From assembly GCF_009914755.1 (NCBI RefSeq), contig NC_060925.1: a DNA stretch of 64,000 nt. The stretch is one strand, 5' to 3'. The translations under genes and the position numbers were made by a program. Shown here piece by piece: positions 27,401 through 42,300 of the stretch. Position 1 is the stretch's first letter. Every line of letters starts with the position of its first letter. A model generated the notes under the pieces. The model was not told the DNA's origin. It ran no database searches and saw only the letters and a list, made by a program, of their open reading frames with translations. The stretch comes from the human T2T-CHM13v2.0 reference genome, Homo sapiens.

Positions 27401-30400
27401 ATGGAATCATCATCGGATGGAAACGAATGGAATCATCATCGAATGGAAATGAAAGGAGTCATCATCTAATGGAATTGCATGGAATCATCATCAAATGGAA
27501 TCGAATGGAATCATCATCAAATGGAATCTAATGGAATCATTGAAAGAATTGAATGGAATCTTCATCGAATGAATTGAATGCAATCATCGAATGGTCTCGA
27601 ATGGAATCATCTTCTAATGGAAAGGAATGGAATCATCGCATAGAATCGAATGGAATTATCATCGAATGGAATCGAATGGTATCAACACCAAACGGAAAAA
27701 AACGGAATTATCGAATGGAATCGAAGAGAATCTTCGAACGGACCCGAATGGAATCATCTAATGGAATGGAATGGAATAATCCATGGACTCGAATGCAATC
27801 ATCATCGAATGGAATCGAATGGAATCATCGAATGGACTCGAATGGAATAATCATTGAACGGAATCGAATGGAATCATCATCGGATGGAAACGAATGGAAT
27901 CATCATCGAATGGAAATGAAAGGAGTCATCATCTAATGGAATTGCATGGAATCATCATAAAATGGAATCGAATGGAATCAACATCAAATGGAATCAAATG
28001 GAATCATTGAACGGAATTGAATGGAATCGTCATCGAATGAATTGAATGCAATCATCGAATGGTCTCGAATGGAATCATCTTCAAATTGAATGGAATGGAA
28101 TCATCGCATAGAATCGAATGGAATTATCATCGAATGGAATCGAATGGAATCAACATCAAACGGAAAAAAACGGAATTATCGAATGGAATCGAAGAGAATC
28201 ATCGAATGGACCCGAATGGAATCATCTAATGGAATGGAATGGAATAATCCATGGACTCGAATGCAATCATCATCGAATGGAATCGAATGGAATCATCGAA
28301 TGGACTCGAATGGAATAATCATTGAACGGAATCGAATGGAATCATCATCGGATGGAAATGAAAGGAGTCATCATCTAATGGAATTGCATGGAATCATCAT
28401 AAAATGGAATCGAATGGAATCAACATCAAATGGAATCAAATGGAATCATTGAACGGAATTGAATGGAATCGTCATCGAATGAATTGAATGCAATCATCGA
28501 ATGGTCTCGAATGGAATCATCTTCAAATGGAATGGAATGGAATCATCGCATAGAATCGAATGGAATTATCATCGAATGGAATCGAATGGAATCAACATCA
28601 AACGGAAAAAAACGGAATTATCGAATGGAATCGAAGAGAATCATCGAATGGACCCGAATGGAATCATCTAATGGAATGGAATGGAATAATCCATGGACTC
28701 GAAAGCAATCATCATCGAATGGAATCGAATGGAATCATCGAATGGACTCGAATGGAATAATCATTGAACGGAAACGAATGGAATCATCATCGGATGGAAA
28801 CGAATGGAATCATCATCGAATGGAAATGAAAGGAGTCATCATCTAATGGAATTGCATGGAATCATCATCAAATGGAATCGAATGGAATCAACATCAAATG
28901 GAATCAAATGGAATCATTGAACGGAATTGAATGGAATCGTCATCGAATGAATTGAATGCAATCATCGAATGGTCTCGAATGGAATCTTCTTCAAATGGAA
29001 TGGAATGGAATCATCGCATAGAATCGAATGGAATTATCATCGAATGGAATCGAATGGTATCAACATCAAACGGAAAAAAAAGGAATTATCGAATGGAATC
29101 GAAGAGAATCTTCGAACGGACCCGAATGGAATCATCTAATGGAATGGAATGGAATAATCCATGGACTCGAATGCAATCATCATCGAATGGAATCGAATGG
29201 AATCATTGAAAGGACTCGAATGGAATAATCATTGAACGGAATCGAATGGAATCATCATGGGATGGAAATGAATGGAATCATCATCGAATGGAATCGAATA
29301 GAATTATGGAATGAAATCCAGTGTGATCATCATCGAATGGACCCGAATGGAATCATCATCCAACGGAAGCTAATGGAATCAACATCGAATGAATCGAATG
29401 GAAACACCATCGAATTGAAACGAATGGAATTACCATGAAATTGAAATGGATGGACTCATCATCGAATGGATTCGAATGGAATCATCGAATAAAATTGATT
29501 GAAATCATCATCGAATGGAATCGAATGGTATCATTGAATGGAATCGAATGGAATCATCATCAGATGGAAATGAATGGAATCGTCATAGAATGGGATCGAA
29601 TGGATTCATTGAATGGAATCAGATGGAATCATCGAATGGACTGGAATGGAATCATTGAATGGACTCGAAAGGGATCATTATTGAATGGAATTGAATGGAA
29701 TCATCGAATGGTCTCGATTGGAATCATTATCAAATGGAATCGAATGGAATCACCGAATAGAATCGAATGGAACAATCATCGAATGGACTCAAATGGAATT
29801 ATCCTCAAATGGAATCGAATGGAATTATCGAATGCAATCGAATGGAATTATCGAATGCAATCGAATAGAATCATCGAATGGACTCGAATGGAATCATCGA
29901 ATGGAGTGGAATGGAACAGTCAATGAACTCGAATGGAATCATCATTGAATGGAATCGAATGGAATCATCGAGTGGAATCGAATGGAATTATGATCAAATG
30001 GAATCGAATGTAATCATCATCAAATGGAATCAAAAATAACCATCATCAATTGGTATTGAATGGAATTGTCATCAAATGGAATTTAAAGGAATCATCATCA
30101 AATGGAACCGAATGGAATCCTCATTGAATGGAAATGAAAGGGGTCATCATGTAATGGAATCGCATGGAATCATCATCAAATGGAATCGAATGGAATCATC
30201 ATCAAATGGAATCTAATGGAATCATTGAAAGAATTGAATGGAATCATCACCGAATGAATTGAATGCAATCATCGAATGGTCTCGAATGGAATCATCTTCT
30301 AATGGAAAGGAATGGAATCATCGCATAGAATCGAATGGAATTATCATCGAATGGAATCGAATGGTATCAACACCAAACGGAAAAAAACGGAATTATCGAA

Positions 30401-31930
30401 TGGAATCGAAGAGAATCATCGAATGGACCCGAATGGAATCATCTAATGGAATGGAATGGAATAATCCATGGACTCGAATGCAATCATCATCGAATGGAAT
30501 CGAATGGAATCATCGAATGGACTCGAATGGAATAATCATTGAAAGGAATCGAATGGAATCATCATCGGATGGAAACGAATGGAATCATCATCGAATGGAA
30601 TCGAATAGAATTATGGAATGAAATCCAGTGTGATCATCATCGAATGGACCCGAATGGAATCATCATCCAACGGAAGCTAATGGAATCAACATCGAATGAA
30701 TCAAATGGAAACACCATCGAATTGAAACGAATGGAATTACCATGAAATTGAAATGGATGGACTCATCATCAAATGGATTCGAATGGAATCATCGAATAAA
30801 ATTGATTGAAATCATCATCGAATGGAATCGAATGGTATCATTGAATGGAATCGAATGGAATCATCATCAGATGGAAATGAATGGAATCGTCATAGAATGG
30901 AATCGAATGGATTCATTGAATGGAATCAGATGGAATCATTGAATGGACTGGAATGGAATCATTGAATGGACTCGAAAGGGATCATGATTGAATGGAATTG
31001 AATGGAATCATCGAATGGTCTCGATTGGAATCATTATCAAATGGAATCGAATGGAATCACTGAATAGAATCGAATGGAACAATCATCGAATGGACTCAAA
31101 TGGAATTATCCTCCAATGGAATCGAATGGAATTATCGAATGCAATCGAATGGAATTATCGAATGCAATCGAATAAAATCATCGAATGGACTCGAATGGAA
31201 TCATCGAATGGAATGGAATGGAACAGTCAATGAACTCGAATGGAATCATCATTGAATGGAATCATCGAGTGGAATCGAAAGGAATTATGATCAAATGGAA
31301 TCGAACGTAATCATCATCAAATGGAATCAAAAATAACCATCATCAATTGGTATTGAATGGAATTGTCATCAAATGGAATTCAAAGGAATCATCATCAAAT
31401 GGAACCGAATGGAATCCTCATTGAATGGAAATGAAAGGGGTCATCATCTAATGGAATCGCATGGAATCATCATCAAATGGAATCGAATGGAATCATCATC
31501 AAATGGAATCTAATGGAATCATTGAAAAGAATTGAATGGAATCGTCATCGAATGAATTTAATGCAATCATCGAATGGTCTCGAATGGAATCATCTTCTAA
31601 TGGAAAGGACTGGAATCATCGCATAGAATCGAATGGAATTATCATCGAATGGAATCGAATGGTATCAACACCAAACGGAAAAAAACGGAATTATCGAATG
31701 GAATCGAAGAGAATCTTCGAACGGACCCGAATGGAATCATCTAATGGAATGGAATGGAATAATCCATGGACTCGAATGCAATCATCATCGAATGGAATCG
31801 AATGGAATCATCGAATGGACTCGAATGGAATAATCATTGAAAGGAATCGAATGGAATCATCATCGGATGGAAACGAATGGAATCATCATCGAATGGAAAT
31901 GAAAGGAGTCATCATCTAATGGAATTGCAT
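24481..31930 (+). repeat. Local duplication with 4,450-bp offset (~24481-27480 vs ~28931-31930)
   Basis: Offset 4450 for 24481/28931, 24985/29435, 26292/30742, 27086/31536. Shared variants: GAATCTTCTTC, CATGGGATGG, TGGGATCG, CATGTAATGG, CACTGAATAG, a 10-bp deletion at ~26812/31262, GAATTTAATGC, AAGGACTGG. Confidence 0.9.
26970..29290 (+). repeat. Run of five consecutive 468-type modules (3,143-bp unit)
   Basis: Module anchors at 27086, 27553, 28021, 28463 and 28931 with no core between them; 840+5x468-10-1-26=3143. Confidence 0.9.
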
Positions 31931-33339
31931 GGAATCATCATAAAATGGAATCGAATGGAATCAACATCAAATGGAATCAAATGGAATCATTGAACGGAAT
32001 TGAATGGAATCGTCATCGAATGAATTGAATGCAATCATCGAATGGTCTCGAATGGAATCATCTTCAAATGGAATGGAATGGAATCATCGCATAGAATCGA
32101 ATGGAATTATGATCGAATGGAATCGAATGGAATCAACATCAAACGGAAAAAAACGGAATTATCGAATGGAATCGAAGAGAATCATCGAATGGACCCGAAT
32201 GGAATCATCTAATGGAATGGAATGGAATAATCCATGGACTCGAATGCAATCATCATCGAATGGAATCGAATGGAATCATCGAATGGACTCGAATGGAATA
32301 ATCATTGAACGGAATCGAATGGAATCATCATCGGATGGAAATGAATGGAATCATCATCGAATGGAATCGAATAGAATTATGGAATGAAATCCAGTGTGAT
32401 CATCATCGAATGGACCCGAATGGAATCATCATCCAACGGAAGCTAATGGAATCAACATCGAATGAATCGAATGGAAACACCATCGAATTGAAACGAATGG
32501 AATTATCATGAAATTGAAATGGATGGACTCATCATCGAATGGATTCGAATGGAATCATCGAATAAAATTGATTGAAATCATCATCGAATGGTATCGAATG
32601 GTATCATTGAATGGAATCGAATGGAATCATCATCAGATGGAAATGAATGGAATCGTCATAGAATGGAATCGAATGGATTCATTGAATGGAATCAGATGGA
32701 ATCATCGAATGGACTGGAATGGAATCATTGAATGGACTCGAAAGGGATCATTATTGAATGGAATTGAATGGAATCATTGAATGGTCTCGATTGGAATCAT
32801 TATCAAATGGAATCGAATGGAATCACCGAATAGAATCGAATGGAACAATCATCGAATGGACTCAAATGGAATTATCCTCAAATGGAATCGAATGGAATTA
32901 TCGAATGCAATCGAATGGAATTATCGAATGCAATCGAATAGAATCATCGAATGGACTCGAATGGAATCATCGAATGGAATGGAATGGAACAGTCAATGAA
33001 CTCGAATGGAATCATCATTGAATGGAATCGAATGGAATCATCGAGTGGAATCGAATGGAATTATGATCAAATGGAATCGAATGTAATCATCATCAAATGG
33101 AATCAAAAATAACCATCATCAATTGGTATTGAATGGAAATGTCATCAAATGGAATTCAAAGGAATCATCATCAAATGGAACTGAATGGAATCCTCATTGA
33201 ATGGAAATGAAATGGGTCATCATCTAATGGAATCGCATGGAATCATCATCAAATGGAATCGAATGGAATCATCATCAAATGGAATCTGATGGAATCATTG
33301 AACAGAATTGAATGGAATCGTCATCGAATGAATTGAATG

Positions 33340-33640
33340 CAATCATCGAATGGTCTCGAATGTAATCACATTCTAATGGAAAGGAATGGAATCATCGCAT
33401 AGAATCGAATGGAATTAACATTGAATGGACTCGAATGGAATCAACATCAAACGGAATCAAGCGGAATTATCGAATGGAATCGAAGAGAATCATCGAATGG
33501 TCTCGAATGGAATCATCTTCTAATGGAAAGGAATGGAATCATCGCATAGAATCGAATGGAATTAACATTGAATGGACTCGAATGGAATCAACATCAAATG
33601 GAATCAAGCGGAATTATCGAATGAAATCGAAGAGAATCAT
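33340..33640 (+). repeat. 147-bp tandem duplication inside a variant module (second occurrence ~54020-54320)
   Basis: ATTAACATTG...GGAATCAAGCGGAATT occurs twice, 147 bp apart (33435/33582 and 54115/54262). Unit length is 1923=1776+147. Confidence 0.88.
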
Positions 33641-36600
33641 CGAATGGACTCGAATGGAATCATCTAATGGAATGGAATGGAATAATCCACGGACTCGAAT
33701 GCAATAATCATCGTTTAGTATCGAATGGAATCATCGAAAGGACTCGAATGGAATAACCATTGAACGGAATCGAATGGAATCATCATCGGATGGAAACGAA
33801 TGGAATCATCATCGAATGGAAATGAAAGGAGTCATCATCTAATGGAATTGCATGGAATCATCATAAAATGGAATCGAATGGAATCATCATCAAATGGAAT
33901 CAAATGGAATCATTGAACGGAATTGAATGGAATCGTCATCGAATGAATTGAATGCAATCATCGAATGGTCTCGAATGGAATCATCTTCAAATGGAATGGA
34001 ATGGAATCATCGCATAGAATCGAATGGAATTATCATCGAATGGAATCGAATGGTATCAACATCAAACGGAAAAAAACGGAATTATCGAATGGAATCGAAG
34101 AGAATCTTCGAACGAACCCGAATGGAATCATCTAATGGAATGGAATGGAATAATCCATGGACCCGAATGCAATCATCATCGAATGGAATCGAATGGAATC
34201 ATTGAAAGGACTCGAATGGAATAACCATTGAACGGAATCGAATGGAATCATCATCGGATGGAAATGAATGGAATCATCATCGAATGGAATCGAATAGAAT
34301 TAAGGAATGAAATCCAGTGTGATCATCATCGAATGGACCCGAATGGAATCATCATCCAACGGAAGCTAATGGAATCAACATCGAATGAATCGAATGGAAA
34401 CACCATCGAATTGAAACGAATGGAATTACCATGAAATTGAAATGGATGGACTCATCATCGAATGGATTCGAATGGAATCATCGAATAAAATTGATTGAAA
34501 TCATCATCGAATGGAATCGAATGGTATCATTGAATGGAATCGAATGGAATCATCATCAGATGGAAATGAATGGAATCGTCATAGAATGGAATCGAATGGA
34601 TTCATTGAATGGAATCAGATGGAATCATCGAATGGACTGGAATGGAATCATTGAATGGACTCGAAAAGGATCATTATTGAATGGAATTGAATGGAATCAT
34701 CGAATGGTCTCGATTGGAATCATTATCAAATGGAATCGAATGGAATCACCGAATAGAATCGAATGGAACAATCATCGAATGGACTCAAATGGAATTATCC
34801 TCAAATGGAATCGAATGGAAATATCGAATGGAATTATCGAATGCAATCGAATGGAATTATCGAATGCAATCGAATAGAATCATCGAATGGACTCGAATGG
34901 AATCATCGAATGGAATGGAATGGAACAGTCAATGAACTCGAATGGAATCATCATTGAATGGAATCGAATGGAATCATCGAGTGGAATCGAATGGAATTAT
35001 GATCAAATGGAATCGAATGTAATCATCATCAAATGGAATCAAAAATAACCATCATCAATTGGTATTGAATGGAATTGTCATCAAATGGAATTTAAAGGAA
35101 TCATCATCAAATGGAACCGAATGGAATCCTCATTGAATGGAAATGAAAGGGGTCATCATCTAATGGAATCGCATGGAATCATCATCAAATGGAATCGAAT
35201 GGAATCATCATCAAATGGAATCCAATGGAATCATTGAAAGAATTGAATGGAATGGTCATCGAATGAATTGAATGCAATCATCGAATGGTCTCGAATGGAA
35301 TCATCTTCTAATGGAAAGGAATGGAATCATCGCATAGAATCGAATGGAATTATCATCGAATGGAATCGAATGGTATCAACACCAAACGGAAAAAAACGGA
35401 ATTATCGAATGGAATCGAAGAGAATCTTCGAACGGACCCGAATGGAATCATCTAATGGAATGGAATGGAATAATCCATGGACTCGAATGCAATCATCATC
35501 GAATGGAATCGAATGGAATCATCGAATGGACTCGAATGGAATAATCATTGAACGGAATCGAATGGAATCATCATCGGATGGAAACGAATGGAATCATCAT
35601 CGAATGGAAATGAAAGGAGTCATCATCTAATGGAATTGCATGGAATCATCATCAAATGGAATCGAATGGAATCAACATCAAATGGAATCAAATGGAATCA
35701 TTGAACGGAATTGAATGGAATCGTCATCGAATGAATTGAATGCAATCATCGAATGGTCTCGAATGGAATCATCTTCAAATGGAATGGAATGGAATCATCG
35801 CATAGAATCGAATGGAATTATCATCGAATGGAATCGAATGGAATCAACATCAAACGGAAAAAAACGGAATTATCGAATGGAATCGAAGAGAATCATCGAA
35901 TGGACCCGAATGGAATCATCTAATGGAATGGAATGGAATAATCCATGGACTCGAATGCAATCATCATCGAATGGAATCGAATGGAATCATCGAATGGACT
36001 CGAATGGAATAATCATGGAACGGAATCGAATGGAATCATCATCGGATGGAAACGAATGGAATCATCATCGAATGGAAATGAAAGGAGTCATCATCTAATG
36101 GAATTGCATGGAATCATCATAAAATGGAATCGAATGGAATCAACATCAAATGGAATCAAATGGAATCATTGAACGGAATTGAATGGAATCGTCATCGAAT
36201 GAATTGAATGCAATCATCGAATGGTCTCGAATGGAATCATCTTCAAATGGAATGGAATGGAATCATCGCATAGAATCGAATGGAATTATCATCGAATGGA
36301 ATCGAATGGTATCAACATCAAACGGAAAATAACGGAATTATCGAATGGAATCGAAGAGAATCATCGAACGGACCCGAATGGAATCATCTAATGGAATGGA
36401 ATGGAATAATCCACGGACTCGAATGCAATCATCGTCGAATGGAATCGAATAGAATCATCGAATGGACTCGAATGGAATAATCATTGAACGGAATCGAATG
36501 GAATCATCATCGGATGGAAACAAATGGAATCATCATCGAATGGAATCGAATAGAATTATGGAATGAAATCCAGTGTGATCATCATCGAATGGACCCGAAT

Positions 36601-39389
36601 GGAATCATCATCCAACGGAAGCTAATGGAATCAACATCGAATGAATCAAATGGAAACACCATCGAATTGAAACGAATGGAATTACCATGAAATTGAAATG
36701 GATGGACTCATCATCAAATGGATTCGAATGGAATCATCGAATAAAATTGATTGAAATCATCATCGAATGGAATCGAATGGTATCATTGAATGGAATCGAA
36801 TGGAATCATCATCAGATGGAAATGAATGGAATCGTCATAGAATGGAATCGAATGGATTCATTGAATGGAATCAGATGGAATCATTGAATGGACTGGAATG
36901 GAATCATTGAATGGACTCGAAAGGGATCATTATTGAATGGAATTGAATGGAATCATCGAATGGTCTCGATTGGAATCATTATCAAATGGAATCGAATGGA
37001 ATCACCGAATAGAATCGAATGGAACAATCATCGAATGGACTCAAATGGAATTATCCTCCAATGGAATGGAATGGAATTATCGAATGCAATCGAATGGAAT
37101 TATCGAATGCAATCGAATAGAATCATCGAATGGACTCGAATGGAATCATCGAATGGAATGGAATGGAACAGTCAATGAACTCGAATGGAATCATCATTGA
37201 ATGGAATCGAATGGAATCATCGAGTGGAATCGAATGGAATTATGATCAAATGGAATCGAATGTAATCATCATCAAATGGAATCAAAAATAACCATCATCA
37301 ATTGGTATTGAATGGAATTGTCATCAAATGGAATTCAAAGGAATCATCATCAAATGGAACCGAATGGAATCCTCATTGAATGGAAATGAAAGGGGTCATC
37401 ATCTAATGGAATCGCATGGAATCATCATCAAATGGAATCGAATGGAATCATCATCAAATGGAATCAAATGGAATCATTGAACGGAATTGAATGGAATTGT
37501 CATCGAATGAATTGACTGCAATCATCCAATGGTCTCGAATGGAATCATCTTCAAATGGAATGGAATGGAATCATCGCATAGAATCGAATGGAATTATCAT
37601 CGAATGGAATCGAATGGTATCAACATCAAACGGAAAAAAACGGAATTATCGAATGGAATCGAAGAGAATCTTCGAACGGACCCGAATGGAATCATCTAAT
37701 GGAATGGAATGGAATAATCCATGGACTCGAATGCAATCATCATCGAATGGAATCGAATGGAATCATTGAATGGACTCGAATGGAATAATCATTGAACGGA
37801 ATCGAATGGAATCATCATCGGATGGAAATGAATGGAATCATCATCGAATGGAATCGAACAGAATTATGTAATGAAATCCAGTGTGATCATCATCGAATGG
37901 ACCCGAATGGAATCATCATCCAACGGAAGCTAATGGAATCAACATCGAATGAATCGAAAGGAAACACCATCGAATTGAAACGAATGGAATTATCATGAAA
38001 TTGAAATGGATGGACTCATCATCGAATGGATTCGAATGGAATCATCGAATAAAATTGATTGAAATCATCATCGAATGGAATCGAATGGTATCATTGAATG
38101 GAATCGAATGGAATCATCATCAGATGGAAATGAATGGAATCGTCATAGAATGGAATCGAATGGATTCATTGAATGGAATCAGATGGAATCATCGAATGGA
38201 CTCGAATGGAATAATCATTGAACGGAATCGAATGGAATCATCATCGGATGGAAACGAATGGAATCATCATCGAATGGAAATGAAAGGAGTCATCATCTAA
38301 TGGAATTGCATGGAATCATCATAAAATGGAATCGAATGGAATCAACATCAAATGGAATCAAATGGAATCATTGAACGGAATTGAATGGAATCGTCATCGA
38401 ATGAATTGAATGCAATCATCGAATGGTCTCGAATGGAATCATCTTCAAATGGAATGGAATGGAATCATCGCATAGAATCGAATGGAATTATCATCGAATG
38501 GAATCGAATGGTATCAACATCAAACGGAAAATAACGGAATTATCGAATGGAATCGAAGAGAATCATCGAACGGACCCGAATGGAATCATCTAAAGGAATG
38601 GAATGGAATAATCCACGGACTCGAATGCAATCATCGTCGAATGGAATCGAATAGAATCATCGAATGGACTCGAATGGAATAATCATTGAACGGAATCGAA
38701 TGGAATCATCATCGGATGGAAACGAATGGAATCATCATCGAATGGAATCGAATAGAATTATGGAATGAAATCCAGTGTGATCATCATCGAATGGACCCGA
38801 ATGGAATCATCATCCAACGGAAGCTAATGGAATCAACATCGAATGAATCAAATGGAAACACCATCGAATTGAAACGAATGGAATTACCATGAAATTGAAA
38901 TGGATGGACTCATCATCAAATGGATTCGAGTGGAATCATCGAATAAAATTGATTGAAATCATCATCGAATGGAATCGAATGGTATCATTGAATGGAATCG
39001 AATGGAATCATCATCAGATGGAAATGAAAGGAATCGTCATAGAATGGAATCGAATGGATTCATTGAATGGAATCAGATGGAATCATTGAATGAACTGGAA
39101 TGGAATCATTGAATGGACTCGAAAGGGATCATGATTGAATGGAATTGAATGGAATCATCGAATGGTCTCGATTGGAATCATTATCAAATGGAATCGAATG
39201 GAATCACCGAATAGAATCGAATGGAACAATCATCGAATGGACTCAAATGGAATTATCCTCAAATGGAATCGAATGGAATTATCGAATGCAATCGAATGGA
39301 ATTATCGAATGCAATCGAATAGAATCATCGAATGGACTCGAATGGAATCATCGAATGGAATGGAATGGAACAGTCAATGAACTCGAATG

Positions 39390-42300
39390 GAATCATCATT
39401 GAATGGAATCGAATGGAATCATCGAGTGGAATCGAATGGAATTATGATCAAATGGAATCGAATGTAATCATCATCAAATGGAATCAAAAATAACCATCAT
39501 CAATTGGTATTGAATGGAATTCTCATCAAATGGAATTCAAAGGAATCATCATCAAATGTAACCGAATGGAATCCTCATTGAATGGAAATGAAAGGGGTCA
39601 TCATCTAATGGAATCGCATGGAATCATCATCAAATGGAATCGAATGGAATCAACATCAAATGGAATCAAATGGAATCATTGAACGGAATTGAATGGAATC
39701 GTCATCGAATGAATTGAATGCAATCATCGAATGGTTTGAATGGAATGATCTTCAAATGGAATGGAATGGAATCATCGCATAGAATCGAATGGAATTATCA
39801 TCGAATGGAATCGAATGGAATCAACATCAAACGGAAAAAAACGGAATTATCGAATGGAATCGAAGAGAATCATTGAATGGACCCGAATGGAATCATCTAA
39901 TGGAATGGAATGGAATAATCCATGGACTCGAATGCAATCATCATCGAATGGAATCGAATGGAATCATCGAATGGACTCGAATGGAATAATCATTGAACGG
40001 AATCGAATGGAATCATCATCGGATGGAAACGAATGGAATCATCATCGAATGGAATCGAATAGATTTATGGAATGAAATCCAGTGTGATCATCATCGAATG
40101 GACCCGAATGGAATCATCATCCAACGGAAGCTAATGGAATCAACATCGAATGAATCAAATGGAAACACCATCGAATTGAAACGAATGGAATTACCATGAA
40201 ATTGAAATGGATGGACTCATCATCAAATGGATTCGAATGGAATCATCGAATAAAATTGATTGAAATCATCATCGAATGGAATCGAATGGTATCATTGAAT
40301 GGAATCGAATGGAATCATCATCAGATGGAAATGAATGGAATCGTCATAGAATGGAATCGAATGGATTCATTGAATGGAATCAGATGGAATCATTGAATGG
40401 ACTGGAATGGAATCATTGAATGGACTCGAAAGGGATCATCATTGAATGGAATTGAATGGAATCATCGAATGGTCTCGATTGGAATCATTATCAAATGGAA
40501 TCGAATGGAATCACCGAATAGAATCGAATGGAACAATCATCGAATGGACTCAAATGGAATTATCCTCAAATGGAATCGAATGGAATTATCGAATGCAATC
40601 GAATGGAATTATCGAATGCAATCGAATAGAATCATCGAATGGACTCGAATGGAATCATCGAATGGAATGGAATGGAACAGTCAATGAACTCGAATGGAAT
40701 CATCATTGAATGGAATCGAATGGAATCATCGAGTGGAATCGAATGGAATTATGATCAAATGGAATCGAATGTAATCATCATCAAATGGAATCAAAAATAA
40801 CCATCATCAATTGGTATTGAATGGAATTGTCATCAAATGGAATTCAAAGGAATCATCATCAAATGGAACCGAATGGAATCCTCATTGAATGGAAATGAAA
40901 GGAGTCATCATCTAATGGAATCGCATGGAATCATCATCAAATGGAATCGAATGGAATCATCATCAAATGGAATCTAATGGAATCATTGAACAGAATTGAA
41001 TGGAATCGTCATGGAATGAATTGAATGCAATCATCGAATGGTCTCGAATGGAATCATCTTCTAATGGAAAGGAATGGAATCATCGCATAGAATCGAATGG
41101 AATTATCATCGAATGGAATCGAATGGTATCAACACCAAACGGAAAAAAACGGAATTATCGAATGGAATCGAAGAGAATCTTCGAACGGACCCGAATGGAA
41201 TCATCTAATGGAATGGAATGGAATAATCCATGGACTCGAATGCAATCATCATCGAATGGAATCGAATGGAATCATCGAATGGACTCGAATGGAATAATCA
41301 TTGAACGGAAGCGAATGGAATCATCATCAGATGGAAACGAATGGAATCATCATCGAATGGAAATGAAAGGAGTCATCATCTAATGGAATTGCATGGAATC
41401 ATCATAAAATGGAATCGAATGGAATCAACATCAAATGGAATCAAATGGAATAATTGAACGGAATTGAATGGAATCGTCATCGAATTAATTGACATCAATC
41501 ATCGAATGGTCTCGAATGGAATCATCTTCAAATGGAATGGAATGGAATCATCGCATAGAATCGAATGGAATTATCATCGAATGGAATCGAATGGAATCAA
41601 CATCAAACGGAAAAAAACGGAATTATCGTATGGAATCGAAGAGAATCATCGAATGGACCCGAATGGAATCATCTAATGGAATGGAATGGAATAATCCATG
41701 GACTCGAATGCAATCATCATCGAATGGAATCGAATGGAATCATCGAATGGACTCGAATGGAATAATCATTGAACGGAATCGAATGGAATCATCATGGGAT
41801 GGAAATGAATGGAATCATCATCGAATGGAATCGAATAGAATTATGGAATGAAATCCAGTGTGATCATCATCGAATGGACCCGAATGGAATCATCATCCAA
41901 CGGAAGCTAATGGAATCAACATCGAATGAATCGAATGGAAACACCATCGAATTGAAACGAATGGAATTATCATGAAATTGAAATGGATGGACTCATCATC
42001 GAATGGATTCGAATGGAATCATCGAATAAAATTGATTGAAATCATCATCCAATGGAATCGAATGGTATCATTGAATGGAATCGAATGGAATCATCATCAG
42101 ATGGAAATGAATGGAATCGTCATAGAATGGAATCGAATGGATTCATTGAATGGAATCAGATGGAATCATCGAATGGACTGGAATGGAATCATTGAATGGA
42201 CTCGAAAGGGATCATTATTGAATGGAATTGAATGGAATCATCGAATGGTCTCGATTGGAATCATTATCAAATGGAATCGAATGGAATCACCGAATAGAAT

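Noticed and set aside
30078-35097. Shared EcoRI-loss variant GAATTTAAAGG at ~30080 and ~35090 as a duplication marker
   Set aside because: It is essentially a single shared SNV, and other variants of the 29435 unit are absent at 34431. It is too weak to call a duplication.
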